Notes under the pieces: generated by a model | Seen by the model: the letters and a program-made list of their open reading frames with translations, nothing else | Told to the model about the DNA's origin: nothing | Database searches by the model: none | Shown: positions 53,901 through 64,000 of the stretch, piece after piece | Layout of the letters: each line of letters starts with the position of its first letter | How positions within the stretch are numbered: position 1 is the stretch's first letter | Origin: Mytilus californianus | Lineage: Eukaryota | Assembly: GCF_021869535.1 (NCBI RefSeq) | Contig: NW_026262668.1 | Coordinates: 104,656,001-104,720,000 of the forward strand | Direction: 5' to 3' | Length of the DNA stretch: 64,000 nucleotides | Translations under genes and position numbers: made by a program

Positions 53901-56900
53901 ATGTTCATCTAAGGTAATAAGGCACTAAGATGCAGATATATAATGATACGTCATCAAAGGTAATAAGGCACTAGAATGCAGATGTATAATGATACTTCAT
54001 CAAAGGAAATAAGGCACTAGAATGTGGATACATAATGGCACTTCATCAAAGGTAATAAGGCACTATAATGTGGATACATGATGATACTGAATCATAAGAA
54101 ATAAGGCCCTAGACTGCAGATAAATAGCAATACTTATCATAGAAAATATTGGATTAGAATGCAGATATACAATGATACTTCATCAAAGGAAATATGGCAC
54201 TAGAATGCATATATACAATGAAACTTCATCAAAGGAAATAAGGCACTAGAATTTGGATACATAATGACACTTCATCAAAGGTAATAAGGCACTAGAATGT
54301 GGATACATAATGATACTTCATCAAAGGAAATAAGGCACTAGAATGTGGATACATAATGATACTTCATCAAAGGAAATAAGGCACTAGAATGTGGATACAT
54401 AATGATACTTCATCAAAGGAAATAAGACACTAGAATGTGGATACATAATGATACTTCATCAAAGGAAATAAGGCAATAGAAGGCACATATATAATTATAC
54501 TGCATCAACAGAAATAAGACAATAGAATGGATACATAATGATACTTCATCATAGGTTATAACGCACTAGAATGCAGATATATATAATGATACTTCATCAT
54601 AGGTAATAAGGCACTAGAATGAAGATATATAATGATACTTCATCATAGGTTATAACGCACTAGAATGCAGATATATATAATGATACTTCATCATAGGTAT
54701 TAAGGCACTAGAATGAAGATATATATAATGATACTTCATCATAGGTATTAAGGCACTAGAATGCAGATATATATAATGATACTTCATCATAGGTATTAAG
54801 GCACTAGAATGCAGATATATATAATGATACTTCATCATAGGTATTAAGGCACTAGAATGCAGATATATATAATGATACTTCATCATAGGTATTAAGGCAC
54901 TAGAATGCAGATATATATAATGATACTTCATCATAGGTATTAAGGCACTAGAATGAAGATATATATAATGATACTTCATCATAGGTATTAAGGCACTAGA
55001 ATGAAGATATATATAATGATACTTCATCATAGGTATTAAGGCACTAGAATGCAGATATATATAATGATACTTCATCATAGGTATTAAGGCACTAGAATGA
55101 AGATATATATAATGATACTTCATCATAGGTATTAAGGCACTAGAATGCAGATATATATAATGATACTTCATCATAGGTATTAAGGCACTAGAATGAAGAT
55201 ATATATAATGATACTTCATCATAGGTATTAAGGCACTAGAATGAAGATATATATAATGATACTTCATCAAAGGAAATAAGGCACTAGAATGTGGATACAT
55301 AATGATACTTCATCAAAGGAAATAAGGCACTAGAATGTGGATACATAATGATACTTCATCAAAGGAAATAAGGCACTAGAATGTGGATACATAATGATAC
55401 TTCATCAAAGGAAATAAGGCAATAGAAGGCACATATACCGTAGAAAGGCTTGTATAGTCTGCGGTTTTATTCTCAAAAATTGGACCTTCCAGACGGGGTG
55501 CGGACTATAGAGTACAATAAGCAAGAAATAAGAGAAAAATTTCAATTTCGCGGTCGAGGTGGTTTGTTTACGTTCCGCCATCTTTGTTATTTCTATTGTA
55601 TCATTTTTCAAACTAATAATTTTAACTCATCCATATTAATAAGTTATTTCTATTCAATATCAAATTAATACTGATAAATATAAAAACTAAACCTTTCATT
55701 ACAAATTTCTCGTTTCTTTTCAATGCATTGGTTGAAATAAACTGTTATCTGCTTGATTGAAACGATACAAACATAGTGAAAAAAACAACCGTAAACCAGC
55801 TTAGAATTTGTAAACTACAAAACGAAATCGGTTATTGTTCGTTCCGTTTTGGTGTTTCATACTGACTAATATGGTTTGTATTAGCTTAAGACCCTTCAAA
55901 CATTAATGTGATAGATATATTAAAGACTGTTTTACAAAAGGATGGAACTGTTTTACTTTCAAAGTCGTATTATAGTGATATCTGTTATGTACGGATTTCA
56001 ACTCTCACCGGTTAATTTCTTCTTTTACACATGCTTTTTAAACTTCCTGTTTAAACATACACAAGTTTCTAAATTGTTTTTTAAGTGAATTAAACTTATT
56101 TTAACAATCATGAAGCGTTCTAGAATCATTAACAAGCAGTTTCAGCTTCTGTTTGATGATGGAAAACAGGTTTTTCCAAGAAAATACCGCAAACGACCGC
56201 ACAGGATTTGAAATTACCGGAGTTTCATTAGACCTTTTCTAACAGTTACAAAAAGTTTTTTTACCTAAAATTTCGTGGGGAGAAGGGGGTGCGGACTATG
56301 TACCACTGCGAACTATACAAGCCTTTCTACTGTATAATTATACTGCATCAACGGAAATAAGACAATAGAATGGATACATAATGATACTTCATCATAGGTT
56401 ATAACGCACTAGAATGCAGATATATATAATGATACTTCATCATAGGTATTAAGGCACTAGAATGCAGACATATAATGATACTTCATCATAAGAAATAAGG
56501 CCCTAGACTTCAGATAAATAGCAATACTTATCATAGAAAATAATGCACTAGAATGAAGATATACAATAATATTTCATCATAAGTAATTAGGCACTAGAAT
56601 GCAGATGTATAATGATACTTCATCAAAGGTAATAAGCCACTAGAATGCAGATATATAATGATACTTCATCATAAGAAATAAGGCACCAGAAGGCACTTAT
56701 ATAATGATACTTCATCAAAGGAAATAAGACACTAGAATGTGGATACATAATGATATTTCATCATAGGTAATAAGTCACTAGAATGCAGATATATTATGAA
56801 ACTTCATCATAGGTAATAAGACACTAGAATGCAGATATATATGGATACCTCATCAAAGGTAATAAGGCACTAGAATGCAGTCATATAATGATACTTCATC

Positions 56901-59900
56901 AAAGGAAATAAGGCACTAGAAGGCAAATATATAATGATACTTCATCAAAGGAAATGAGACACTAGAATGCAGATATATAATGATACTTCATCATAGGTAA
57001 TAAGACACTAGAATGCAGATATATATTCATACTTCATCAAAGGTAATAAGGCACTAGAATGCATTTATATTATGATACTTCATCAAAGGTAATAAGGCAC
57101 TAGAATGCAGATAAATAGCAATACTTATCATAGAAAATATTGCACTAGAATGCAGATATATAATGATACTTCATCATAGGTAATATTGCACTAGAATGAA
57201 GATATATAATGATACTTCATCAAAGGTAATAATGCACTAGAATGCAGATGTATAATGATACCTCATCAAAGGTAATAAGCCACTAAAATGCAGATATATA
57301 ATGATACTTCATCATAAGAAATAAGGCACCAGAAGGCACTTATATAATGATACTTCATCAAAGGAAATAAGACACTAGAATGTGGATACATAATGATATT
57401 TCATCATAGGTAATAAGTCACTAGAATGCAGATATATTATGAAACTTCATCATAGGTAATAAGACACTAGAATGCAGATATATAAGGATACCTCAATAAA
57501 GGTAATAAGGCACTAGAATGCAGTCATATAATGATACTTCATCAAAGGAAATAAGGCACTAGAAGGCAAATATATAATGATACTTCATCAAAGGAAATGA
57601 GACACTAGAATGCAGATATATAATGATACTTCATCATAGGTAATAAGACACTAGAATGCAGATATATAATCATACTTCATCAAAGGTAATAAGGCACTAG
57701 AATGCATTTATATTATGATACTTCATCAAAGGTAATAAGGCACTAGAATGCAGATAAATAGCAATACTTATCATAGAAAATATTGCACTAGAATGCAGAT
57801 ATATAATGATACTTCATCATAGGTAATATTGCACTAGAATGAAGATATATAATGATACTTCATCAAAGGTAATAAGGCACTAGACTGCAGATGTATAATG
57901 ATATTTCATCAAAGGTAATAAGGCACTAGAATGTGGATACATAATGATACTTCATTAAAGGAAATAAGGCACTAGAATGAAGATACATAATGATATTTCA
58001 TCATAGGAAATAAGGCACTAGAATGTGGATACATAATGATACTTCATCAAAGGAAATAAGGCACTAGAATGAAGATACATAATGATATTTCATCATAGGA
58101 AATAAGGCACTAGAATGTGGATATATAATGATACTTCATCAAAGGAAATAAGGCACTAGAATGAAGATACATAATGATATTTCATCATAGGAAATGAGGC
58201 ACTAGAATGTGGATACATAATGATACTTCATCAAAGGAAATAAGGCACTAGAATGAAGATACATAATGATATTTCATCATAGGAAATAAGGCACTAGAAT
58301 GTGGATACATAATGATACTTCATCATAGGAAATAAGGCACTAGATTACAGATATATGATGATACTTGCCATAGGAATGCAGATGTATAATGAAACTTGTC
58401 ATAGGAAATAAGGCACTAGAATGTGGATATATAATGATACTTATAGGAAATTAGGTACTAGAATACAAATTTATTATGATACTTGCCATAGGAATGCAGA
58501 TGTATAATGATACTTGTCATAGGAAATTAGGCACTAGAATGTGGATATAAAATGATACTGGTCATAGGAAATTACGCACTAGAATGCAGATGTATAATGA
58601 TACTTCATCATAGGTTATAAGGCACTAGAATGCAGATATATATAATGATACTTCATCATAGGAAATAAGGCATTAAAATGAAGATATATAATGATACATG
58701 TTATAGGAAATTAAGCACTTGAATGCAGATTTATAGTGATACTTATCATAGGAATGCAGATGTATAATGATACTTGTCATAGGAATTAAGGCACTTAAAC
58801 ATAGAAATACCATGACTTTTGCAGCTACAGATTACTTACCACAAGAAATAAGGCCCTAGAATACAAAAATATGATGACTATGAAAGCTATGGTTAAGTAA
58901 TATAAAATCTACAGTTTACTTACCATAGGAAATAAGGCACTTGAATACAGAAATACCATGACTATTTCAGCTACGATTTACTTACCCTAGGAAATAAGGC
59001 ACAGGAATACAGAAATACCATGACTATTGGAGCTATAGGTTACTTACCATAGGAAATAAGGCACAAGAATACAGAAATACTATGACTATTGGAGCTATGG
59101 GTTACATACCATAGAAAATAAGGCACAAGAATACAGAAATACCATGACTATTGGAGCTATTTTTTACTTATCCTAGGAAATAAGGCACTAGAACACAGAA
59201 ATATCATGAATATAGCAGCTATGGTTTACTTACCATAGGGAATTAGGAACTAGAATAAACAAATACCATGACTATTGCTGCTATGGTTTACTAACCATAG
59301 GAAATAAGGTACTAGAATACAGAAATACCAGGACTATTGCAGCCATTGTTTACTTACCATAGGAAATAAGGCACTAGAATACAGAAATATAATGACTATC
59401 ACAGCTACAATTTGATTATACCAATGATTCACAGCTATTGTCCTGGCTATTGCCTTGATTCTCCTAGGTGTCCACTGAAAAAAATAGATGACAGCAATAC
59501 AGTCTAGAGGCATGTTGATCGTTCAAAGCTAAATCTGGGCTATTAGTTATATATCTTGATCAAACCTTTCATATTCACCTTTTTGGGTGAGATTTCAAGT
59601 CTTTGAAATAAATTTTCATCAATAGAAATTGTAATAAACTCTCGACTCTTTAAATCTTAGATTCAAAATTTGTTTTTCTTTTAACATTTTTTTTCTTTTG
59701 AAATACTATGTATTATCATATGACTATAAAATTTATCTTTTCTCATTGGCTAAAAGCATAGGGAATCTTCTTTGATAAAACATATTATTCCACTGTGTGT
59801 AAATATTGATAACGAAACCAACATTTTGGTTGAGACTATTCCACGTAACGTTGAACAAAATTTCATATTCCCCTCTGAATGTTACGCGCAGTTAATGTAT

Positions 59901-62900
59901 TAAACAGTTTAATGTTTTTTTAATAGATATAATATAATAATTTTGTGTTCAAAATTATTTCAGATCTAAACAAAAAAATAAATAAAAATAAATGATGTTA
60001 TAAAACAAGCGAATATGAAAACAATTATGTAAATCAATATTTTATGTTCAGGTAGAAAAAGTATAGGCAGTGGAATAAAACATTCATTTCCCTTGGCTTA
60101 GGGAGATAAAAGATTTTGTTCACCCTCAAAAAGACATATTTCCTAGGGCAATGCCCTCTTGAAATATGAATTTTCTTGGGTGAACAAATCTTCATATCTC
60201 CCTCAGGCACGGAAAATAAATGTATAATATTCACCGCGGGAAAAATCAAGAGAGATAAATAGAAGATTTGGAACAGCTAACATGTACCTAAATAGTTATT
60301 TTCCTAGGCAACATCAATGATGTAGGTTTATAATGTCATGCAAATTCTCTTTTTTTTTCTTCTTTTTCTTTTAGGTGTTATAAATTTTTTCTAGTAAAGT
60401 TTATTGTATAGTAGAATTTGTTTTCTCATTTTCTGATTATTGAACTCATAAAAAGTTTTGATAAACTCTATTCAGGTGATAGACAGATGGGTAAGAAACT
60501 TTAAATCTTCCACATCTTTGTACTGCAGGGTATAATTATTTTACTATTTTAACAATGATAGTACTCAAAAATATAATGTACTAACTTACCATAAATGGTT
60601 CTGATAACATAAGAAAAAATAAACCAAGTATAGCGAGACAGGAGATCGGAAACAACACAAACATTACAACAGACCTGCAAATAGATTAACATTATTTGGT
60701 CAAACAACATTCAAAGCAATACTGTTGTTTCTTTATAGAACTTTAAAATAAAACCCATTTAGCCAGTAAAAGTTTATTTTCGTATGACATGCTGTATCCA
60801 TTTTGCAAATAAAGTAAAATGCGGATGAACTTATCAATAGCAACTAATTAACTTATCAATAGCAAATAATTAACTTATCAATAGCAAATAATTAACTTAT
60901 CAATAGCAAATAATTAACTTATCAATAGCAAAAACTTATCCTCATTATCATAAACTGTTAACACAGAGATATGTCTTGCCTTTTTGTAATTTTGATAATG
61001 CAAATGTTGAAACTAAAATAGCAATACTTTAACATGTAAGTTATGCAAATATTCAAAGTTGACAGGCTAGTGATACAGTAGTTGACTACTTAGACCCCTG
61101 GGTCACCCTTATAAACTAATAGATATATCTTTTAATCTAATAGAGCTATCTTATAAGCAATGAACCATGACTGAAGGTACATGGCTAAACAATCTCCATG
61201 GAAATGAGATGCTCCAATGCTAATACAACTGCATACCAAATACCACTGACTTATCATACGTCGTTCCCTTTAAACAAACCTAAACACAAACATGAACTTG
61301 TAAACTATGTAAAAGTTTCATAGTCAATGAACCATGATGAGGGGGTGGGGCTATATAATCTCCATTGAAATGAGACTTGCAAATGACAATTAATTTGCAT
61401 ACCAAATATCATTGACTTAACATAAGCGTTCATCTTAAACTGATCTAGTCACAAACTAATACATGTAAACTAAGCAAAAAGTTCAAAGTCAATAGACCAT
61501 GACTAAGGGGGCATGGCCAAATATTCTCCATGGAAATGAGATGTGCTAATGCTTATACAACTGCATACCAATTAACATTGGTCTACCACTAATGGTTCCC
61601 CTTGAACTGACCTAATCACAAACTAATACATGTAAACTAAGCAAAGTTTCAAAGTCAATAGACCATGACTGAGGGGACAGGGCCAAATAATCTCCATGGA
61701 AATGAGATGTGCCAATGCTAAATACAACTGCATACCAAATATCATTGACCTACCACTAGTGGTTCCCCATAAACCTGACCTAATCACAAACTAATACATT
61801 GTTGACCCTGCCGCCTCTGCAGCCGGAAACAGCATACCTCAAATACCTTGACTCCATCGAGGCGAGACAAAAATTCAAACTCCATTAACTAAATCACTGT
61901 CAAATGACACGAAAAGAAGGAGAAATATGGTATTTTGTGTCTGCTAGATATACCCATACATTAATTGTATTGTATGCTTGCTACAGTTCCTTTCTAAGTT
62001 ATATGAGAAAGATCTTTTATGCAAATATTAATTGATGGCCTAATCACATTTTAATAATTTAATTGATATGTGCAACATAAAATGAAAACTGTAAGACACA
62101 AATTTGCAGATCTAATAATGCTGGGCTTAATTTGAGAGAAAGTATATGTTATTTGTGGTATCAGCTCTATATATCTATTGGTTATCCAATGAAGAATGCC
62201 AGTAATAATTCATCAAATATACCAGGCTTATAAGTCTATATAAAAATAATAAGATGTGGTATGACTGCCAATGAGACAACTATCCTGCAGAATTCAAATG
62301 ACATAAATGTAAGCAACTTTAGGTCACATTTATTAATGAGCAAAACCCATACAGTACAGTCGGCTATAAAAGATTTATAACAAAATAATTAAAGAAAAAA
62401 ATAAGACAGACATGAACCAATGAAAACCACTGAATAACAGGCTTCTGACTTGGGACAGGCACATAAAGAATGTGACAGGATTAAACATGTTGATGAGTGC
62501 TCAGCCCTTCCCCATTTGCAATTAGTATTTTCTCAGCTTTAATAGATATAACAGAGATCTTACTGTTTTGGAAATCTTGAAAATAATGTCCAAAATGACC
62601 TGAATTCAGATGTAAATATATTTACACTTCTAACAGTCTCTATATTCAGTAGAAATAAATTGAATTACATTAAAAATAAAATGTTGACAAAGAGATGTGT
62701 CTCGCCTGTCCGCATAAAATTCATAAAAAGACAATCTAATGGACAGCAACATGGTTTTTTAATTCAGTCGCTGGACCATTATCTAGAAGGCAAGGCCTGA
62801 AAATAATCGTTAAACTGACATGTACTGATAGTAATGCAACTTTATACAAAATATCATTGATCTATCACCTGTAGATCCTATCAAACTAACTTAAGCAGAA

Positions 62901-63328
62901 AACTTAACATTGAAAATTGCTAATTAATTCAAAGTTACTGGACCATGTCCTAGGGGGCAGGGCCTCAAAATAGTCGTCAAACTGAAATGTACAGATAGTA
63001 ATTCAACTTCATACAAAATATCATTGAGCTATCAAAAGTAGTTCTTATTAACCTAACTTAAGCAGAAAACTTAACAATTGTTGACGCCGTCAATGTCGCC
63101 GCAGCCGTTTGCCGGAAAAGCGATCCATATGTCTCGCTTTCCGCAACTTTCTTCGAACCAAAAATAAAAATTACTATAAACATCAATACATGTGACAATC
63201 TGAAAAACATACTAGAGTGGTGTTACTTACTGTGGTAAAATAACTAAATGTATGGTGCAAACAAATAGCAAAGTGATCAATGTGGAACCAATATGTGATG
63301 TAAACATTGTGTCTCGAACTTTACAATA
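38778..63328 (-). CDS. ADCY: Membrane adenylyl cyclase (rutabaga/ADCY1-like, subtype tentative), 3' half: M2 helices and C2a catalytic domain; 11 exons, 503 aa; 5' exons beyond the window
   Basis: Exons in transcript order: 63231-63328, 60590-60674, 59358-59474, 50566-50724, 49391-49566, 47553-47694, 43135-43254, 42604-42750, 41061-41262, 40290-40414, 38778-38918 (1512 nt; GT-AG; phases match). Motifs [73 protein letters not shown]. Confidence 0.95.
39071..39674 (+). mobile_element. Helentron/HINE-like element with three ~161-166-bp tandem units
   Basis: CATAACT-anchored units at 39135, 39301 and 39462; GGAC microsatellite; 3' hairpin TGCCCCC..GGGGGCA at 39644-39668, then ATAAAAA. Confidence 0.75.
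40290..40414 (-). CDS. Adenylyl cyclase exon (C2a)
   Basis: [42 protein letters not shown]. Confidence 0.96.
41061..41262 (-). CDS. Adenylyl cyclase exon (C2a)
   Basis: [40 protein letters not shown]. Confidence 0.96.
41674..42217 (+). mobile_element. Helentron/HINE-like element (same family as 39071-39674) interrupted by a SINE
   Basis: Same 5' GAATGTGTC start and unit sequence; 3' hairpin TGCCCC..GGGGGCA at 42183-42210. Confidence 0.75.
41829..42089 (+). mobile_element. Full-length tRNA-derived SINE (V-domain-like core) with a 12-bp target-site duplication
   Basis: A box TGGCCGAGTGG, B box GTTCGAACCC, core GGTTTTCTCCGGGCACTCCGG, (CAAAT)n tail. TSD TCATAAGATTGG at 41817-41828 and 42090-42101. 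Confidence 0.9.
42604..42750 (-). CDS. Adenylyl cyclase exon (C2a start)
   Basis: [49 protein letters not shown]. Confidence 0.96.
43135..43254 (-). CDS. Adenylyl cyclase exon (helical domain)
   Basis: [40 protein letters not shown]. Confidence 0.95.
43671..45542. mobile_element. ~1.87-kb non-autonomous TIR transposon, hAT-like termini, apparent 5-bp TSD
   Basis: Left end CATTGGTGTAGCT; right end AGCTACGCCACTG (2 mismatches in 13). ACAGT flanks both ends (43666-43670, 45543-45547). Confidence 0.55.
46377..46520. repeat. Short tandem repeat, ~4 units of 29-36 bp
   Basis: AGAAATGCATTAATTACAA block repeated four times. Confidence 0.75.
47553..47694 (-). CDS. Adenylyl cyclase exon (last TM helix)
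   Basis: [47 protein letters not shown]. Confidence 0.95.
47805..48722. repeat. 29-bp minisatellite, ~31 copies
   Basis: Unit GATTACCTTTTCTACCACAATACCCCAGT; 29-bp spacing (e.g. 48181 to 48210). Confidence 0.95.
49391..49566 (-). CDS. Adenylyl cyclase exon (two M2 helices)
   Basis: [39 protein letters not shown]; GTAAGT donor, phase 2. Confidence 0.9.
49527..50120. repeat. 65-bp tandem array made of a 3' splice site plus exon head, with older diverged copies
   Basis: TAGATACTGA recurs at 49561, 49626, 49691, 49756, 49821 and 49886. Diverged copies extend to ~50120. Confidence 0.93.
50566..50724 (-). CDS. Adenylyl cyclase exon (extracellular loop)
   Basis: [30 protein letters not shown]; 159 nt; phase 0/0; joins to YLSFC. 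Confidence 0.88.
51917..52551 (+). mobile_element. Helentron/HINE-like element with three ~192-bp units, bounded by a 27-bp direct repeat
   Basis: TTCTGTCCAAG at 51999, 52191 and 52384. GACAAAAGTCGCAGGCTCAACAAAAAT at 51917 and 52525. GCGACAAAAGTCGC hairpin near the 3' end. Confidence 0.7.
53448..53885. mobile_element. Hairpin-type non-autonomous element inserted in the satellite
   Basis: Palindrome 53449-53610 centred on GGCTTGCC (53526-53533), then inverted repeat TTTCTCTAAT/ATTAGAGAAA. Confidence 0.85.
55438..56332. mobile_element. 895-bp Tc1/mariner-type MITE with TA duplication
   Basis: TIR CCGTAGAAAGGCTTGTATAGT vs ACTATACAAGCCTTTCTACTG (1 mismatch). TA at 55436-55437 and 56333-56334. 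An empty twin site is present at 54484-54496. Confidence 0.9.
58790..59357. repeat. 62-bp tandem array made of an exon tail plus 5' splice donor, ~9 copies
   Basis: 62-bp spacing (58921 to 58983). The minus-strand unit ends TTATTTCCTATG|GTAAGT, as does the real exon end at 59358. Confidence 0.93.
59358..59474 (-). CDS. Adenylyl cyclase exon (M2 helix); source of the satellite
   Basis: TTTTTTCAG acceptor; [39 protein letters not shown]; GTAAGT donor; phase 0/0. Confidence 0.88.
59785..60225. mobile_element. Hairpin-type non-autonomous element
   Basis: 11-bp inverted repeat TTATTCCACTG (59785)/CAGTGGAATAA (60068), then palindrome 60080-60223 centred on GGGCAATGCCC. Confidence 0.8.
60590..60674 (-). 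CDS. Adenylyl cyclase exon (M2 helix)
   Basis: [28 protein letters not shown]; TTTGCAG acceptor, GTAAGT donor. Confidence 0.87.
60829..60938. repeat. 22-bp tandem repeat x5
   Basis: Unit AACTTATCAATAGCAAATAATT. Confidence 0.9.
61100..61873 (+). mobile_element. Helentron/HINE-like element with four ~166-bp tandem units
   Basis: CCATGA-anchored units at 61165, 61332, 61497 and 61663; ends GGCGAGACAAAAA. The left boundary is approximate. Confidence 0.65.
62240..62510 (-). mobile_element. Copy of the abundant repeat matching the 3' end of the element at 1-1580
   Basis: Reverse complement matches GTGCCTGTCCCAAGTCAG..CTCATT..GTTGTCTCATTGGCAGTCATACCACATCTT (cf. 1305-1572). Confidence 0.7.
62690..63150 (+). 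mobile_element. Helentron/HINE-like element with two ~167-bp units
   Basis: GGACCAT at 62773 and 62940; TGTCTCGC at both ends; GCC-rich 3' part. Confidence 0.6.
63231..63328 (-). CDS. Adenylyl cyclase exon (first M2 helix); most 5' exon in the window
   Basis: [32 protein letters not shown]; TCTTTTCAG acceptor; GTAAGT donor; phase 2 completes Gln with the next exon. Confidence 0.87.
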
Positions 63329-64000
63329 CTGAAAAGATAAATAAAATATTTATATATTGGCTATATCAATATCATGGGCTATTCTTGCTTTATTAACAAA
63401 GGTACATCAAAATTGTGAATAACATTAGACATTTCTACTGTATTTGATACCTATATATTTGCTATTCCAACGAGATAAATGCCATTGCAGCTGAACTATT
63501 ATAGATACCAGAGGTACAAACCAGTATCAGGACCATTAGCTGGTGAACTGTAAGTTCCTGTGGTTCCAAATAGTTTCAAGGCCAATAAAGGTGGAAATGG
63601 ATATATGTCAAAACATGATCTTCCAATTGGTGCTGTTTCCAGTAAAATGTTGACGTCACAAAGTAAATATTTTTATGCCACAATGTCATATGCTGTGTTT
63701 TCACCAAAATGACCCCAAGTCAATCAGGGCAGTTCATTCATAAAATCGAAATTGGATTCTCATGTATTATACTTAACATCACCGTAAAAATAAAAAGATG
63801 ACTTCTATGATTAAGAAGTGTTCATACAATGTGATAAACTGTTTTTAAATCTTCATGAGTCTAGGCAAGTTATGAATTATTTCAATAGAGACTAATAAAG
63901 ATCTGCTTAATCAACAACTAATTCCTAAAAGGACGTACACACTATTACACTACTGTAAACCAACTTATTTTTTCGCGGCCTTCACGAGTCAAAAAATATG

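Larger units (their letters stand above)
52800..58790. repeat. 46/48-bp satellite, roughly 100 monomers, with two inserted elements
   Basis: Unit AATGATACTTCATCATAGGTAATAAGGCACTAGAATGTAGGTATAT (46 bp). A 48-bp variant occupies ~54650-55260. The copy number is an estimate from length. Confidence 0.97.

Noticed and set aside
54650-55300. 216-aa ORF of [16 protein letters not shown] repeats
   Set aside because: It is a by-product of the 48-bp satellite variant being a multiple of 3. Its SSALIPM resemblance to the exon's SSALFPM reflects the satellite's origin. No acceptor or usable GT donor was seen.
47805-59357. CRISPR-like arrays
   Set aside because: The units are contiguous tandem repeats with no unique spacers, no cas genes are present, and the context is eukaryotic.
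60829-60938. 22-bp array (and the 46377-46520 array) as further exon-junction-derived repeats
   Set aside because: The units show no match to any neighbouring exon edge.
63480-63710. Coding-looking stretch as another cyclase exon
   Set aside because: All phase-compatible frames hit stops and no cyclase similarity was seen.

Overview
AT-rich eukaryotic genomic DNA. The repeat families suggest a mytilid bivalve; this is inference, not a database result. I could reconstruct two spliced host genes by hand, arranged tail-to-tail. The first is a complete 7-exon, 343-aa Gfo/Idh/MocA oxidoreductase resembling myo-inositol 2-dehydrogenase (+, 15412-30965). The second is the 3' half of a membrane adenylyl cyclase, probably rutabaga/ADCY1-like (-, 63328-38778; 11 exons, 503 aa; the 5' half lies beyond the window). 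The rest is decayed mobile DNA: Naiad-type Penelope-like elements, LINE and Gypsy RT remnants, tRNA-SINEs, satellite-carrying Helentron-like elements, TIR MITEs and a family of large hairpin elements. The most striking observation is that tandem arrays inside the cyclase introns are amplified copies of the gene's own exon/splice-site junctions. A ~6.5-kb 46/48/62-bp satellite derives from an exon tail plus 5' donor. A 65-bp array derives from a 3' acceptor plus exon head. A 29-bp array possibly derives from a stop-containing micro-exon donor. A SECIS-like hairpin follows the Naiad RT at the window start. All coordinates and translations were done by eye; no searches or folding programs were run.
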